This document shows positions 55,603 through 64,000 of a stretch of DNA of 64,000 nucleotides, one piece after another. The DNA is from an uncultured Desulfobacterales bacterium. GTDB taxonomy: Bacteria > Desulfobacterota > Dissulfuribacteria > Dissulfuribacterales > JALVPX01. The stretch covers positions 7,304-71,303 of the forward strand of contig CAYWKF010000014.1 in NCBI GenBank assembly GCA_964459155.1. Reading direction: 5' to 3'. Both the position numbers and the translations under genes were made by a program. The notes below the pieces were generated by a model. It did not search any database and was not told the origin of the DNA. It saw only the letters and a list, made by a program, of their open reading frames with translations. How positions within the stretch are numbered: position 1 is the first letter of the stretch; every line of letters begins with the position of its first letter.

Positions 55603-56364
55603 ATGCGTAAGCCCTTTTTAGCTGCCAATTGGAAGATGAACAAGACCGTCCAAGAAGGGCTAGAGTTTCTCCAGGCCTTTCAACCGCTCATTTCAAGCGT
55701 TGAAGGCCGCGAGATCGTAATAGCTCCGCCTTTTACAGCTCTGCATGCCCTTTCAAAGGCGTTGGAGACCAATGAAAAAATTGTTTTGGCTGCGCAAAAC
55801 ATGCATTTCGAAGAAAAGGGAGCGTTTACCGGAGAGATATCTCCGCTTATGTTAAAAGAACTTGGTGTTAAATGGGTCATACTGGGCCATTCTGAGAGAC
55901 GCCACATATTTGGGGAACGGGACGATACCATTGCAAAGAAAGTTGCCTCTGCCTTAGCCCATGACATCGGGCCCATATTGTGCGTTGGAGAAACGTTAGA
56001 TGAACGGGAGGCTGATAACACTTTTACAGTATTAAAACAACAAGTTGATTCTGGCTTAGCCGAGGTCGATCCTGAAAACGCAGTAAAGGTGGTCCTTGCC
56101 TATGAGCCTGTGTGGGCCATTGGGACGGGCAAAACTGCATCTCCCGAACAAGCTCAGGAGGCGCATGCTTTCATCAGAGGGCTGCTTGCAAGTAGATATG
56201 GTTCCACTGTTGCAGAGCAAATACGTATATTGTATGGTGGCTCGGTCAAACCGTCCAACGCTGGTGAACTGCTTGCCAAGCCAGATGTGGATGGTGCGTT
56301 GGTTGGGGGCGCAGCCCTTGATCCAGACAGTTTTGCTGGCATAGTAATGTACCAAATCCCTTGA
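55603..56364 (+). CDS. tpiA: triose-phosphate isomerase
   Basis: The 253-aa ORF has the motifs AANWKMN, ILGHSERR, AYEPVWAIGTG and GGASL-type GGAAL. Confidence 0.95.
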   Translation: MRKPFLAANWKMNKTVQEGLEFLQAFQPLISSVEGREIVIAPPFTALHALSKALETNEKIVLAAQNMHFEEKGAFTGEISPLMLKELGVKWVILGHSERRHIFGERDDTIAKKVASALAHDIGPILCVGETLDEREADNTFTVLKQQVDSGLAEVDPENAVKVVLAYEPVWAIGTGKTASPEQAQEAHAFIRGLLASRYGSTVAEQIRILYGGSVKPSNAGELLAKPDVDGALVGGAALDPDSFAGIVMYQIP

Positions 56365-56410
56365 AGGGTTGGGGAATAGTTCATATATTTAAGGGTTGAA
56401 AAGACAAGTT

Positions 56411-56848
56411 ATGTTTACTTTGTTAATTGTGTTTCATGTGTTTATCTGTTTTCTGCTGGTAGTTACGGTGCTATTGCAACAGGGCAAAGGCGCTGAAATT
56501 GGTGCTGTCTTTGGCTCCAGTGAGGCCTTGTTCGGAAGTTCTGGACCAGTGACATTTTTAAACAAAATAACCACGGTACTGGCAGCGCTGTTTATGATTA
56601 GTTCCTTGGCATTGACTTATGTTGGAGCGCATCGTGGCAGCGGATCAATTATGCAGGATGTGGTGAAGACAATGCCAGTTCAGCCTGCTCAAAAGGCTGC
56701 ACCACAGGAGCCAGGAAAAATTGCTCCAAAAAGCGCAGTACCAGCAGGGCATGAAACCGCTAACCAGGGCAGTGAACCTGGGTCCAATACAAATACAAAG
56801 GCTGAAAGCGGGCATGAGACCGCCAAGGCCGCCAATGCTACAAATTAG
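56411..56848 (+). CDS. secG: preprotein translocase subunit SecG with a long low-complexity C-terminal tail
   Basis: MFTLLIVFHVFICFLLVVTVLLQQGKGAEIGAVFG is followed by a second TM, as in SecG. A Pro/Ala/Gln-rich extension of about 70 aa follows. The start is ATG at 56411 or TTG at 56396. Confidence 0.8.
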   Translation: MFTLLIVFHVFICFLLVVTVLLQQGKGAEIGAVFGSSEALFGSSGPVTFLNKITTVLAALFMISSLALTYVGAHRGSGSIMQDVVKTMPVQPAQKAAPQEPGKIAPKSAVPAGHETANQGSEPGSNTNTKAESGHETAKAANATN

Positions 56849-56865
56849 CTAAAACCGATCAACTT

Positions 56866-56952
56866 GCCGAGGTGGTGGAATTGGTAGACACGCCATCTTG
56901 AGGGGGTGGTGGGCGCACGCCCGTGGGGGTTCGAATCCCCCCCTCGGCACCA
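56866..56952 (+). tRNA. tRNA-Leu (anticodon GAG)
   Basis: The acceptor is GCCGAGG/CCTCGGC, the anticodon stem CCATC/GGTGG has loop TTGAGGG, a long variable arm is present, the T-arm is GGGGG-TTCGAAT-CCCCC, and CCA is encoded. Confidence 0.9.
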
Positions 56953-57074
56953 ATCTTTGAATCACCTTCTAGTCTTTTATAGAATCTTGACCTAGGGGTA
57001 AAAACGTGTTATCCGTCCCGAGCTTCCGGAATGGTTGTAATTGGTTCTGGTTGTGTTAACTTTAGATGTGGTGT

Positions 57075-57151
57075 CGGGACGTGGCGCAGTCTGGAAGCGC
57101 ACCTGAATGGGGTTCAGGGGGTCGGAGGTTCAAATCCTCTCGTCCCGACCA
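57075..57151 (+). tRNA. tRNA-Pro (anticodon GGG)
   Basis: The acceptor is CGGGACG/CGTCCCG, the anticodon stem CCTGA/TCAGG has loop ATGGGGT, the T-arm is GGAGG-TTCAAAT-CCTCT, and CCA is encoded. Confidence 0.92.
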
Positions 57152-57233
57152 ATTTTCTGATCTATATTGATTAGTGGGCAGAAGGAATAAGATTTCCTGC
57201 CTGCCGGGATAAGCTTTGAAAGGAGGGGTTGCC

Positions 57234-57677
57234 ATGGCATTGAGCACTTTTAGCCCGGTCAGGGCGGGAATAGAGGCCATGCGAATTCAGCGCTGTGCCG
57301 CCTCTCATGCAGCAGAAAATGGAATGAGTACCCATTTGTTGGTGGAAATGTGGCGATCCCCATTTTCCATCCTGGCAGATGCCCAAACCATCAAAAAGGC
57401 CTTAAGTCGCACAAATGGCAACGGCAGCAGCAAGGAATGCTCAGTGAGGGTTCATCAATTTGATCCTTACGGAGTATCCGGTACCTATAATGGTCCGAAT
57501 GCCCATATCTTAATACACACATGGCCTGAAAATGGCTATGCAGCAATAGATATCTTTTCCCGCGGAAAGGATGGCGCATACAAAGTGCTGGAAAGGATGA
57601 AGGAAGAACTTCAGCCTGAATATCTGCATGTGCTTGAAGTCCAGCGGGGACAACTTATCAACATGGAGGACACTTGA
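57234..57677 (+). CDS. S-adenosylmethionine decarboxylase (class 1a SpeD/SpeH)-like protein lacking the pyruvoyl-precursor Ser and the catalytic Cys (probable pseudoenzyme)
   Basis: The family is recognised from HQFDPYGVSG....HILIHTWPENGYAAIDIF. The conserved self-cleavage dipeptide Glu-Ser is Asn-Ala here (57498-57503), and the FTCG Cys is Arg (57561-63). The start is set at ATG 57234, with RBS AGGAGG at 57221-26. Confidence 0.7.
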   Translation: MALSTFSPVRAGIEAMRIQRCAASHAAENGMSTHLLVEMWRSPFSILADAQTIKKALSRTNGNGSSKECSVRVHQFDPYGVSGTYNGPNAHILIHTWPENGYAAIDIFSRGKDGAYKVLERMKEELQPEYLHVLEVQRGQLINMEDT

Positions 57678-58549
57678 CTGGTTACTGGTGGTCCGAGCGG
57701 ATCGGACCAGGTTTTGCCCACAGCTATCAGGTGGAGCTCCTCTATGAGGAGCGCACGCCATATCAGCATCTATTCGTGTTCAAGACGCCTCTTTGGGGAA
57801 GGGCATTGGTCCTCGACGGTGTCGTACAATTAACTTTAGCAGACGAATATATTTATCATGAGATGATGGTTCATGTGCCCTTTTTAGGGCGCAAGAGGCC
57901 AGTGAGATCTGCCCTGATAATTGGAGGTGCTGATGGCGGTACACTGAGAGAGGTTTTGTCTCATGAATCGGTTGAACGGGTAGTGATGGTAGAACTTGAC
58001 AGACAGGTCCTCGTTGCCTGTCAAAAATATATGCCCGAAGTATGCCAATGCTGGGATGATCCTAGGCTGGAATTGATCATAGGAGACGGTGCAAAATACG
58101 TGGAAGAAGCTGCATCCCGGGGGGAGCAGTTTGATTGTATCCTCCTTGATTCCACCGATCCAGTGGGACCGGCCATATGCCTTTTTGAGCGTCCGTTTCA
58201 CGAGAACATTGCCAAATGTCTAGCAGACGATGGAGTGGTTGTGAGGCAATCTGGCCTTCCTAGGACCATGCCCAAAGTCATGCCCTTTGTAATGAAGCGA
58301 TTTGAAGACGTGATGCCTGGTGTTCAGGTATACCGCGCCCCTGTGGCAGCATATGGCGATGAGATGGCCTTCGTAATTGCCACTAAAGATGGCGCATCTT
58401 GTGCGTTGCCCAATTCCAACCTAGTGGGCCGTTATTACAATCCCGAATGCCACAAGGCAGCTTTTTCCCTGCCTACCTGGTGGAAAAGGCTTATTGATGA
58501 ATATGAGGATGATGGTACGGTTCCAATAGAAACAGTTGATTGTTTCTAG
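57674..58549 (+). CDS. speE: spermidine synthase-like polyamine aminopropyltransferase
   Basis: The 291-aa ORF has the motifs WWSE, YQHLFVFKTPLWGRALVLDGVVQLTLADEYIYHEMMVH, IIGGADGGTLREV and ILLDSTDPVGPA. The TTG start at 57674 overlaps the upstream stop (TTGA). Confidence 0.8.
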   Translation: MTGYWWSERIGPGFAHSYQVELLYEERTPYQHLFVFKTPLWGRALVLDGVVQLTLADEYIYHEMMVHVPFLGRKRPVRSALIIGGADGGTLREVLSHESVERVVMVELDRQVLVACQKYMPEVCQCWDDPRLELIIGDGAKYVEEAASRGEQFDCILLDSTDPVGPAICLFERPFHENIAKCLADDGVVVRQSGLPRTMPKVMPFVMKRFEDVMPGVQVYRAPVAAYGDEMAFVIATKDGASCALPNSNLVGRYYNPECHKAAFSLPTWWKRLIDEYEDDGTVPIETVDCF

Positions 58550-58618
58550 TACCCTCATCAAAATTGCCCATCTTTTTAAAAACAAAATGATTGCTTACTT
58601 GCCTACATAGAGAGTTAG

Positions 58619-59395
58619 ATGGATGTTTTCGTTACCCTCTTGACCGATTTCGGTAACAAAGATCCCTACGCAGGCATTGTCAAAGGTGTGCTTTTTTCTA
58701 TAAAGTCAGACCTCAAAGTTATTGATTTGACACATGAAATCGGGCCTCAGAATATCCACCAAGGAGCCTTTGTACTAGGAACATCGTACAAATTTTTCCC
58801 TGCGAGAACCATCTTCATTGCAGTAGTCGATCCGGGTGTGGGGACCGAGCGCCGTGGACTCGTCCTTGAAGCTGGGGATTACACCTTCATTGCACCAGAC
58901 AATGGCCTGCTCACCTATCCAATAATATATGAAAGAGAGTGGCGATGTTATGAAATAAAAAACAGTAGCTACTTACTCCACCCAATCAGCAGGACCTTTC
59001 ATGCTAGGGACGTGTTCGCGCCGGTTGCAGCCCATATTGCAGCAGGTGAACCCATTGAAAACTTTGGACCACCAGTGCATGATCCCGTTCAATTTAAAAT
59101 AGCAGAACCTCTATCGTTGGAAAAAGAAATAAAAGGACAGGTGGTCTATGTAGATGGATTTGGCAATGTGATCACCAATATTCCCGGAGAGTTGGTGATT
59201 CACAAGAAAGTTAGATCCGTGAAAGTGAAGGACCATAATTTGCCCTTCGTAACAACTTATGGTGATGTCAAACAAGGGAAATGCGCTGCTTTGGTTGGCA
59301 GTACTGGCTTTATCGAAATAGCCGTGAATGGGGGCGATGCGTCAGCATTTTTGAACGCGAGTATTGGAGATGAGGTCTTGGTGGAAACTACCTGA
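58619..59395 (+). CDS. SAM hydroxide adenosyltransferase / SAM hydrolase family protein (DUF62, fluorinase-chlorinase fold)
   Basis: The 258-aa ORF has the motifs [48 protein letters not shown] and [10 protein letters not shown]. Confidence 0.85.
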   Translation: MDVFVTLLTDFGNKDPYAGIVKGVLFSIKSDLKVIDLTHEIGPQNIHQGAFVLGTSYKFFPARTIFIAVVDPGVGTERRGLVLEAGDYTFIAPDNGLLTYPIIYEREWRCYEIKNSSYLLHPISRTFHARDVFAPVAAHIAAGEPIENFGPPVHDPVQFKIAEPLSLEKEIKGQVVYVDGFGNVITNIPGELVIHKKVRSVKVKDHNLPFVTTYGDVKQGKCAALVGSTGFIEIAVNGGDASAFLNASIGDEVLVETT

Positions 59396-59858
59396 TCTTG
59401 TATTTTTTTTGGAACTCCCTGTCCATGGTTCTGCGCTTTATGGATTCGCGTTTGTCCCATATTTTTTTGCCTTTGGCCAGCGCCAACTCGACCTTTGCTT
59501 TCCCGTTTCTGAAATAAATGGACAAGGGGATCAATGTGAGCCCCTTTTCCTGGGTTTTTCCCATGAGTCGTTTTATTTCACGTTTGTGAAGCAGTAATTT
59601 CCTGGGCCTAGTGGGATCGAGCGCTCCTATATTTGCTGCATGGGGATATGGGGAGATGTGCACATTGTAAAGGTAGGCCTCTCCTTTATCAAAAGATGCA
59701 TAGGCATCTGTTAAATTGGCTCTGCCATCCCGCAAAGATTTTACTTCAGGCCCTAGGAGCACCAGACCAGCCTCTATGGTGTCCAGGATCTCATATTCGT
59801 GCCTCGCCTTTCTATTTTTGCAAACTATTTTTCTTCCGCCTTTGCTGCCCATTGCCAT
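59388..59858 (-). CDS. smpB: SsrA-binding protein
   Basis: The 156-aa ORF has the motifs [29 protein letters not shown] and KLLLHKREI. Its 3' end overlaps the convergent DUF62 gene by 8 nt. Confidence 0.93.
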   Translation of the reverse strand: MAMGSKGGRKIVCKNRKARHEYEILDTIEAGLVLLGPEVKSLRDGRANLTDAYASFDKGEAYLYNVHISPYPHAANIGALDPTRPRKLLLHKREIKRLMGKTQEKGLTLIPLSIYFRNGKAKVELALAKGKKIWDKRESIKRRTMDREFQKKYKIR

Positions 59859-59867
59859 TATTAGTTA

Positions 59868-60422
59868 CTACCAGTCATAGGGTTTGGCCAGGATGTCGCG
59901 AATCTTTATCTCAAAAAGGTTGTTTGAAGAGGCTGGTTTGATCAATGCGACCGTATCAGCGCCTCTAGCCGTGCCAGCCATGGCAAGTACATCCTTTGTA
60001 CCGATCAAGCCTGCGTCTGAAGCCATCATAACTATTTCCACGCACACTTTTATTCCCTGGCACAGGATTCTTAGGGTGTTGGCGATAAGATCTTGCTGAG
60101 AGTAGCCCAATGTGGTTCTTATGGCCGTTCCAATATTTCTGAAAGGCATTGTGCCTGTGTATACAACGGCCCCCAAAGACTCGATTTCAGCCTTGGTGTC
60201 TGATTTCATCTCCAAGGTTCCCGGCTCTCTAAATCCAGTGTTATGGGTCACCACAATTACTTTTGTTTTAAAGCCTTTTAGTGCTGAAGCAGCTTGCAGG
60301 CCTGTTGTTCCATATGTAGAAGCCACTACCACTTCATTGACGCCATATTTTTTAACCCCTTCTTTCAGTATTTCCAGCGCCTTTTCACTGTTTTTATAGC
60401 CTGGTTTTGGAAAGGTGTACAT
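59868..60422 (-). CDS. stand-alone pyruvate kinase alpha/beta (C-terminal)-domain-like protein
   Basis: The 184-aa ORF has the pattern VVVASTYGTTG...VIVVTHNTGF..PG......L..LGA.V.TGT and CQGIKVCVEIVMMASDAGLI....VLAMAGTARGADTVALIKPA. This is typical of the small PK_C-like proteins of anaerobes and archaea. Confidence 0.65.
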   Translation of the reverse strand: MYTFPKPGYKNSEKALEILKEGVKKYGVNEVVVASTYGTTGLQAASALKGFKTKVIVVTHNTGFREPGTLEMKSDTKAEIESLGAVVYTGTMPFRNIGTAIRTTLGYSQQDLIANTLRILCQGIKVCVEIVMMASDAGLIGTKDVLAMAGTARGADTVALIKPASSNNLFEIKIRDILAKPYDW

Positions 60423-60440
60423 TATAGTGTAGACTCCTGA

Positions 60441-63400
60441 TCACCGGTATCTTATCTGTACGCTTGGATATCCCATGAGTTTTGTTAAGGCTTGAGTGAG
60501 ATCGGGCGTGATCTTTACATTCAAATGTTCCGGCAGGCTCAGCACCACTTTACCTTTTTGTGGCATTGTTATGGAAACAGACACAGGGCTGTCTCCACGA
60601 TTTTGAAGCAAAATGGCCTTTATTTGTTTCAGGATAGGCGGAGATATCCGTTCGCCGTGCAATACGATATCGAGCCCCGCAACACGCCGCTTGCAAGCTT
60701 GTTCCAGCAATTCTATCGAATCCGCAATAATTTTGTAAGTTCGGCTCTTTTCCTCTTCTTCTTTTTTGAGTTTTCCTTCCACAAAGACCGGGGCATCGCT
60801 GTCCAACAATTCCCTGACCTGCTGATAAAGTTTTGGAAAGCATATCACTTCCAGAGATCCGTGGAGATCCTCCAGGGCCAGAAAGGCCATTTGTTCCCCC
60901 TTTTTGGTTGTGATAACTTTTTTGGACCGTATAACGCCTCCCAGCCCAATTGCAGCGCCATCTGCCATAGTGTTTACGTTTGACGTATTCAGACCGCTAG
61001 AAAGGCGTTCCATCTCCTTTACAAAAGGATCAAGAGGATGTCCTGTAATATAAAATCCAAGAGATTCCTTTTCTGCTGCCAGCATTTCTTCTTGGGACCA
61101 TTCAGGGATGTCAGGCAGTTCGAGTCCCAATGGGTTCGTCTCTTCATCATCTGAATCCTGTGGCATAAGATCAAACAGGGAAAGCTGACCTGCAGCACGG
61201 TCTCTGCCTTTGGCATGCCCGAGTTCCAGGGCATCATCAATGACTTCCATCAATTGAGAACGGCGGTGGCCGAGGGAATCGAAGGCTCCGCACCTGATGA
61301 GGCTTTCTATAACCCTGCGGTTCACTTTTCGTGTGTTTATTCTGGTACAAAAATCCTCAAAGTTCTTGAAAGGGCCATTTTTGTTGCGTTCTTCTTGAAT
61401 GGCCTCAATGGCACCCATGCCTACATTTTTTACTGCTGCCAAACCGAACCTTATCTTGTTGTCCTCTATAGTGAAGTCGACACTGCTTTTATTGATGTCA
61501 GGAGGCAAGACCGGGACGCCTTGAGCCTTGCATTCCTGGATGAATTTGACAACTCCATCTGTGTTTCCCAGTTCATTGGAAAGCAAGGAGGCCAAAAAGG
61601 GTACTAAGTAATGAGCTTTCAAATAAGCCGTTTGATAAGCTATAAGGGCGTATGCAGCTGAATGGCTTTTGTTGAAGCCGTAACCAGCGAATTTTTCCAT
61701 TAGATCGAAGATGATCTTGGCCTTGTCCTCTGGAATATTTTTTTCTTTTGCGCCTGATATGAAACGTTCGCGCTGTGCCGCCATTTCTTCAGGTTTTTTC
61801 TTGCCCATGGCCCGGCGCAATATGTCGCCCTCACCAAGGCTGTAGCCGGCCAGAACCTGTGCTATTTTCATCACCTGTTCCTGATAAACTATTACACCAT
61901 AGGTTTCTTTCAATATGGGTTCTAGTTCAGGCAGCAGGTATTTGACCTCCACTTTTCCATGTTTTGCATCTACAAACTGGTCAACCATGCCGCTTTCAAG
62001 GGGCCCTGGCCGATACAACGCCACCAGCGCTATCATGTCTGTAAAAGTTGAAGGACGGATTCGCCTGATCAAATCCTTCATGCCGCTGCTTTCAAGCTGA
62101 AAAACGCCTGTGGTATCAGCCTTGGTCAGGAGTTCGTAGGTTGCCTTGTCATCAAGGGGCAGATTTTCAATGTCGATATCTTCCCCCAAATGATCCTTAA
62201 TTAACCGGACTGCAGTGTCAATCACCGTCAGGGTCTTCAAACCCAAAAAGTCGAATTTGATCAGACCGCATTTTTCAACGCATTTCATGTCGAACTGTGT
62301 AACGGTCTCACCTTCCTGCCCCTTGGTCAAAGGTAGATATTCCACCATGGGTTTATCTGATATGACGACTCCTGCAGCATGGGTGGAGGAATGTCGCGGC
62401 AGGCCTTCCAATGCCAGGGCAACTTTTATCAACTCCCTTATCTTTGGTTCTTTTTCTTGAAGCTCTTTAAGCTTTGGCTCCAGTTCCAGGGCCTTTGATA
62501 AGGTTATATTGAGTTGATCGGGTACAAGCTTTGCAATCTTGTCCACCTCAGGATATGGCAAACCAAGTGCGCGCCCTACGTCTCTTATCACTGCCTTGGC
62601 CTTCATCTGACCAAAGGTGATGATTTGGGCAACAAAGTCTTCGCCTCCATAGCGTTCTGCTACATATCTGATTACTTCGTCTCGCCTGCTCATACAGAAA
62701 TCAACGTCGATATCTGGCAGGGACTGGCGTTCCGCATTGAGAAAACGCTCAAAAAATAATCCATATTTCACCGGATCAATATTGGTGATGCCCATGGAAT
62801 AGGCCACGAGTGAGCCAGCGGCAGAACCCCTGCCTGGTCCCACTGGAATGGATTTGCTCTTGGCCCAATTTATGAAATCTGCCACTATCAAGAAGTATGA
62901 AGCAAAACCTTTTTGCGTTATGATCTCAATTTCTTCCTTTAGACGCTCTTCATATATCTTTCTTTTGGTTTCATTGAGATTGATCTTTTTGAGGCGGTTT
63001 TTGAAACCAGCCCATGCCTCTTTTTCAAAACGCTCTTCATATGTTTCGTTTTCTTTAAGAGGAAACCGTGGAAAATGGTGTTTCCCAAGTTCAAGTTCCA
63101 CGTCGCACATTTGGGCAATGTCAACACTGTTTGCAACCGCCTCTGGACAATAGGAAAAACGCTCTTTCATCTCTTCAGGTGGTGCAAAGTAGAGCTGATC
63201 TGTGGAAAAACGCATTCTGTTTTGGTCATCAACAGTCCTGTTGGTCTGGATGCACAAAAGCACATCGTGGGCCTTTGCATCCTCCGACTTGAGATAATGG
63301 CAGTCATTTGTGGCCACAAGGGGCAGCCCCAGCTCTTTGGCAAGATCTATGAGCGATTTGTTCAATTCACTCTGTTCCGGAATTCCGTTTTCCTGTATTT

Positions 63401-63923
63401 CTAGATAGAACCTGTCCTTAAATATGGTAGCATATGTCTGGGCAAGCTCCTTGGCCTGTTTCAACCCCTTTTTTAGCAATGTGTAAGGCACATGACCATG
63501 AAGGCAGGCAGAAAGTGCGATCAAACCTTCGTTAAATTCCTTCAGCAATTCAAGGTCAATTCTTGGTTTATAATAAAATCCTTCAAAATGAGCTGCGGTA
63601 ACCAGCCTTAACAGGTTTTTGTAGCCCTTGATGTTTTGAGCCAAGAGCACCAAGTGATAGGCGGCTTCGCTGGCCTTTCTGGCAGAACGGTCTTTCCTGT
63701 GTTTGGGGGCTACGTAAACTTCACAACCGAAAATAGGTTTGATATTATTTTTTCTAGCCTGCTCATAAAAATTCAAGGCACCATACATGTTGCCATGATC
63801 AGTAATGGTTAAAGCCTCATAGCCATATTCCTTGGCTTTGGTGAACAGGTCTTTTAGCCTTATGGCACCATCCAGTAGACTGTATTCAGTGTGTAAGTGA
63901 AGATGAACAAAATCCATTTCCAA
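60441..63923 (-). CDS. dnaE: DNA polymerase III subunit alpha
   Basis: The 1160-aa ORF has the N-terminal PHP domain (FVHLHLHTEYSLLDG), the palm/fingers motifs GPGRGSAAGSLVAY and PDIDVDF, and GYGFNKSHSAAYA. Confidence 0.96.
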   Translation of the reverse strand: MEMDFVHLHLHTEYSLLDGAIRLKDLFTKAKEYGYEALTITDHGNMYGALNFYEQARKNNIKPIFGCEVYVAPKHRKDRSARKASEAAYHLVLLAQNIKGYKNLLRLVTAAHFEGFYYKPRIDLELLKEFNEGLIALSACLHGHVPYTLLKKGLKQAKELAQTYATIFKDRFYLEIQENGIPEQSELNKSLIDLAKELGLPLVATNDCHYLKSEDAKAHDVLLCIQTNRTVDDQNRMRFSTDQLYFAPPEEMKERFSYCPEAVANSVDIAQMCDVELELGKHHFPRFPLKENETYEERFEKEAWAGFKNRLKKINLNETKRKIYEERLKEEIEIITQKGFASYFLIVADFINWAKSKSIPVGPGRGSAAGSLVAYSMGITNIDPVKYGLFFERFLNAERQSLPDIDVDFCMSRRDEVIRYVAERYGGEDFVAQIITFGQMKAKAVIRDVGRALGLPYPEVDKIAKLVPDQLNITLSKALELEPKLKELQEKEPKIRELIKVALALEGLPRHSSTHAAGVVISDKPMVEYLPLTKGQEGETVTQFDMKCVEKCGLIKFDFLGLKTLTVIDTAVRLIKDHLGEDIDIENLPLDDKATYELLTKADTTGVFQLESSGMKDLIRRIRPSTFTDMIALVALYRPGPLESGMVDQFVDAKHGKVEVKYLLPELEPILKETYGVIVYQEQVMKIAQVLAGYSLGEGDILRRAMGKKKPEEMAAQRERFISGAKEKNIPEDKAKIIFDLMEKFAGYGFNKSHSAAYALIAYQTAYLKAHYLVPFLASLLSNELGNTDGVVKFIQECKAQGVPVLPPDINKSSVDFTIEDNKIRFGLAAVKNVGMGAIEAIQEERNKNGPFKNFEDFCTRINTRKVNRRVIESLIRCGAFDSLGHRRSQLMEVIDDALELGHAKGRDRAAGQLSLFDLMPQDSDDEETNPLGLELPDIPEWSQEEMLAAEKESLGFYITGHPLDPFVKEMERLSSGLNTSNVNTMADGAAIGLGGVIRSKKVITTKKGEQMAFLALEDLHGSLEVICFPKLYQQVRELLDSDAPVFVEGKLKKEEEEKSRTYKIIADSIELLEQACKRRVAGLDIVLHGERISPPILKQIKAILLQNRGDSPVSVSITMPQKGKVVLSLPEHLNVKITPDLTQALTKLMGYPSVQIRYR

Positions 63924-63924
63924 C

Positions 63925-64000
63925 CTATTCCCACTCGATAGTTGCCGGTGGTTTTGAGCTTATATCATAGCACACCCTGTTAACGCCGCGCACTTCATTT
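63925..64000 (-). CDS. guaA: GMP synthase (glutamine-hydrolysing), extreme C-terminus; the gene continues beyond the right edge
   Basis: This gene is not in the ORF track. The minus-strand translation ends ...NEVRGVNRVCYDISSKPPATIEWE-stop (stop codon at 63927..63925), the invariant GuaA C-terminal signature. It lies 1 nt upstream of the dnaE start. Confidence 0.8.
   Translation of the reverse strand, partial: NEVRGVNRVCYDISSKPPATIEWE

Overview
This 64-kb segment looks like core chromosome from a flagellated, probably anaerobic Desulfobacterota-like bacterium; the taxonomy is inferred from gene content only. I support about 60 protein genes, 4 tRNAs and a few regulatory or structured elements. 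I found no rRNA, CRISPR array, transposase, integrase or phage genes.

Gene order, left to right:
- A visibly AT-richer glycan-modification cassette on the minus strand: AsnB-type amidotransferase (partial), sulfotransferase and flippase.
- A long minus-strand run argH-lipoprotein-lysA-dapF-dapA-dapB-FAH-dapL, which is a DapL-type lysine pathway.
- A 687-bp gene-free region that contains strong RNA-like secondary structure.
- A flagellar block: fliK-like and flhB-C-like on the plus strand, and flgF-G-A-H-I-J-(N)-K-L-csrA-fliW on the minus strand behind a sigma-54-like promoter.
- An ATP-grasp / GlgC-like pair.
- An ABC / GldFG-fusion / DUF4340 set.
- rlmD, trkAH, a sugar-kinase-like gene, an Fe-S/DUF3786 gene and a tetR-rsmF-like set.
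- Two tRNA-Ser genes, metK-ahcY, ppsA and acpS.
- A ybeY-pdxJ fusion, phoH and corA.
- A glycolytic operon gap-X-gap2-pgk-tpiA-secG followed by tRNA-Leu and tRNA-Pro.
- A speD-like / speE / SAM-hydrolase trio.
- smpB, a stand-alone pyruvate-kinase C-domain protein, dnaE and the 3' end of guaA.

The most interesting observations are:
1. A 1421-aa protein has PPDK/PpsA ATP-grasp and phosphohistidine domains but lacks the PEP/pyruvate domain and carries about 920 aa of unassignable N-terminal sequence. It sits with a divergent GAPDH paralogue inside the conserved gap-pgk-tpiA block.
2. An AdoMetDC homologue has lost the pyruvoyl-forming Ser and the catalytic Cys. It overlaps the start of a spermidine-synthase-like gene and lies next to a DUF62 SAM hydrolase.
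3. ybeY and pdxJ are fused in frame.
4. A roughly 200-nt rod-like hairpin in the argH/fliK intergenic region is a candidate ncRNA of the 6S type.

All functional calls rest on motif recognition by eye; no database search was run.
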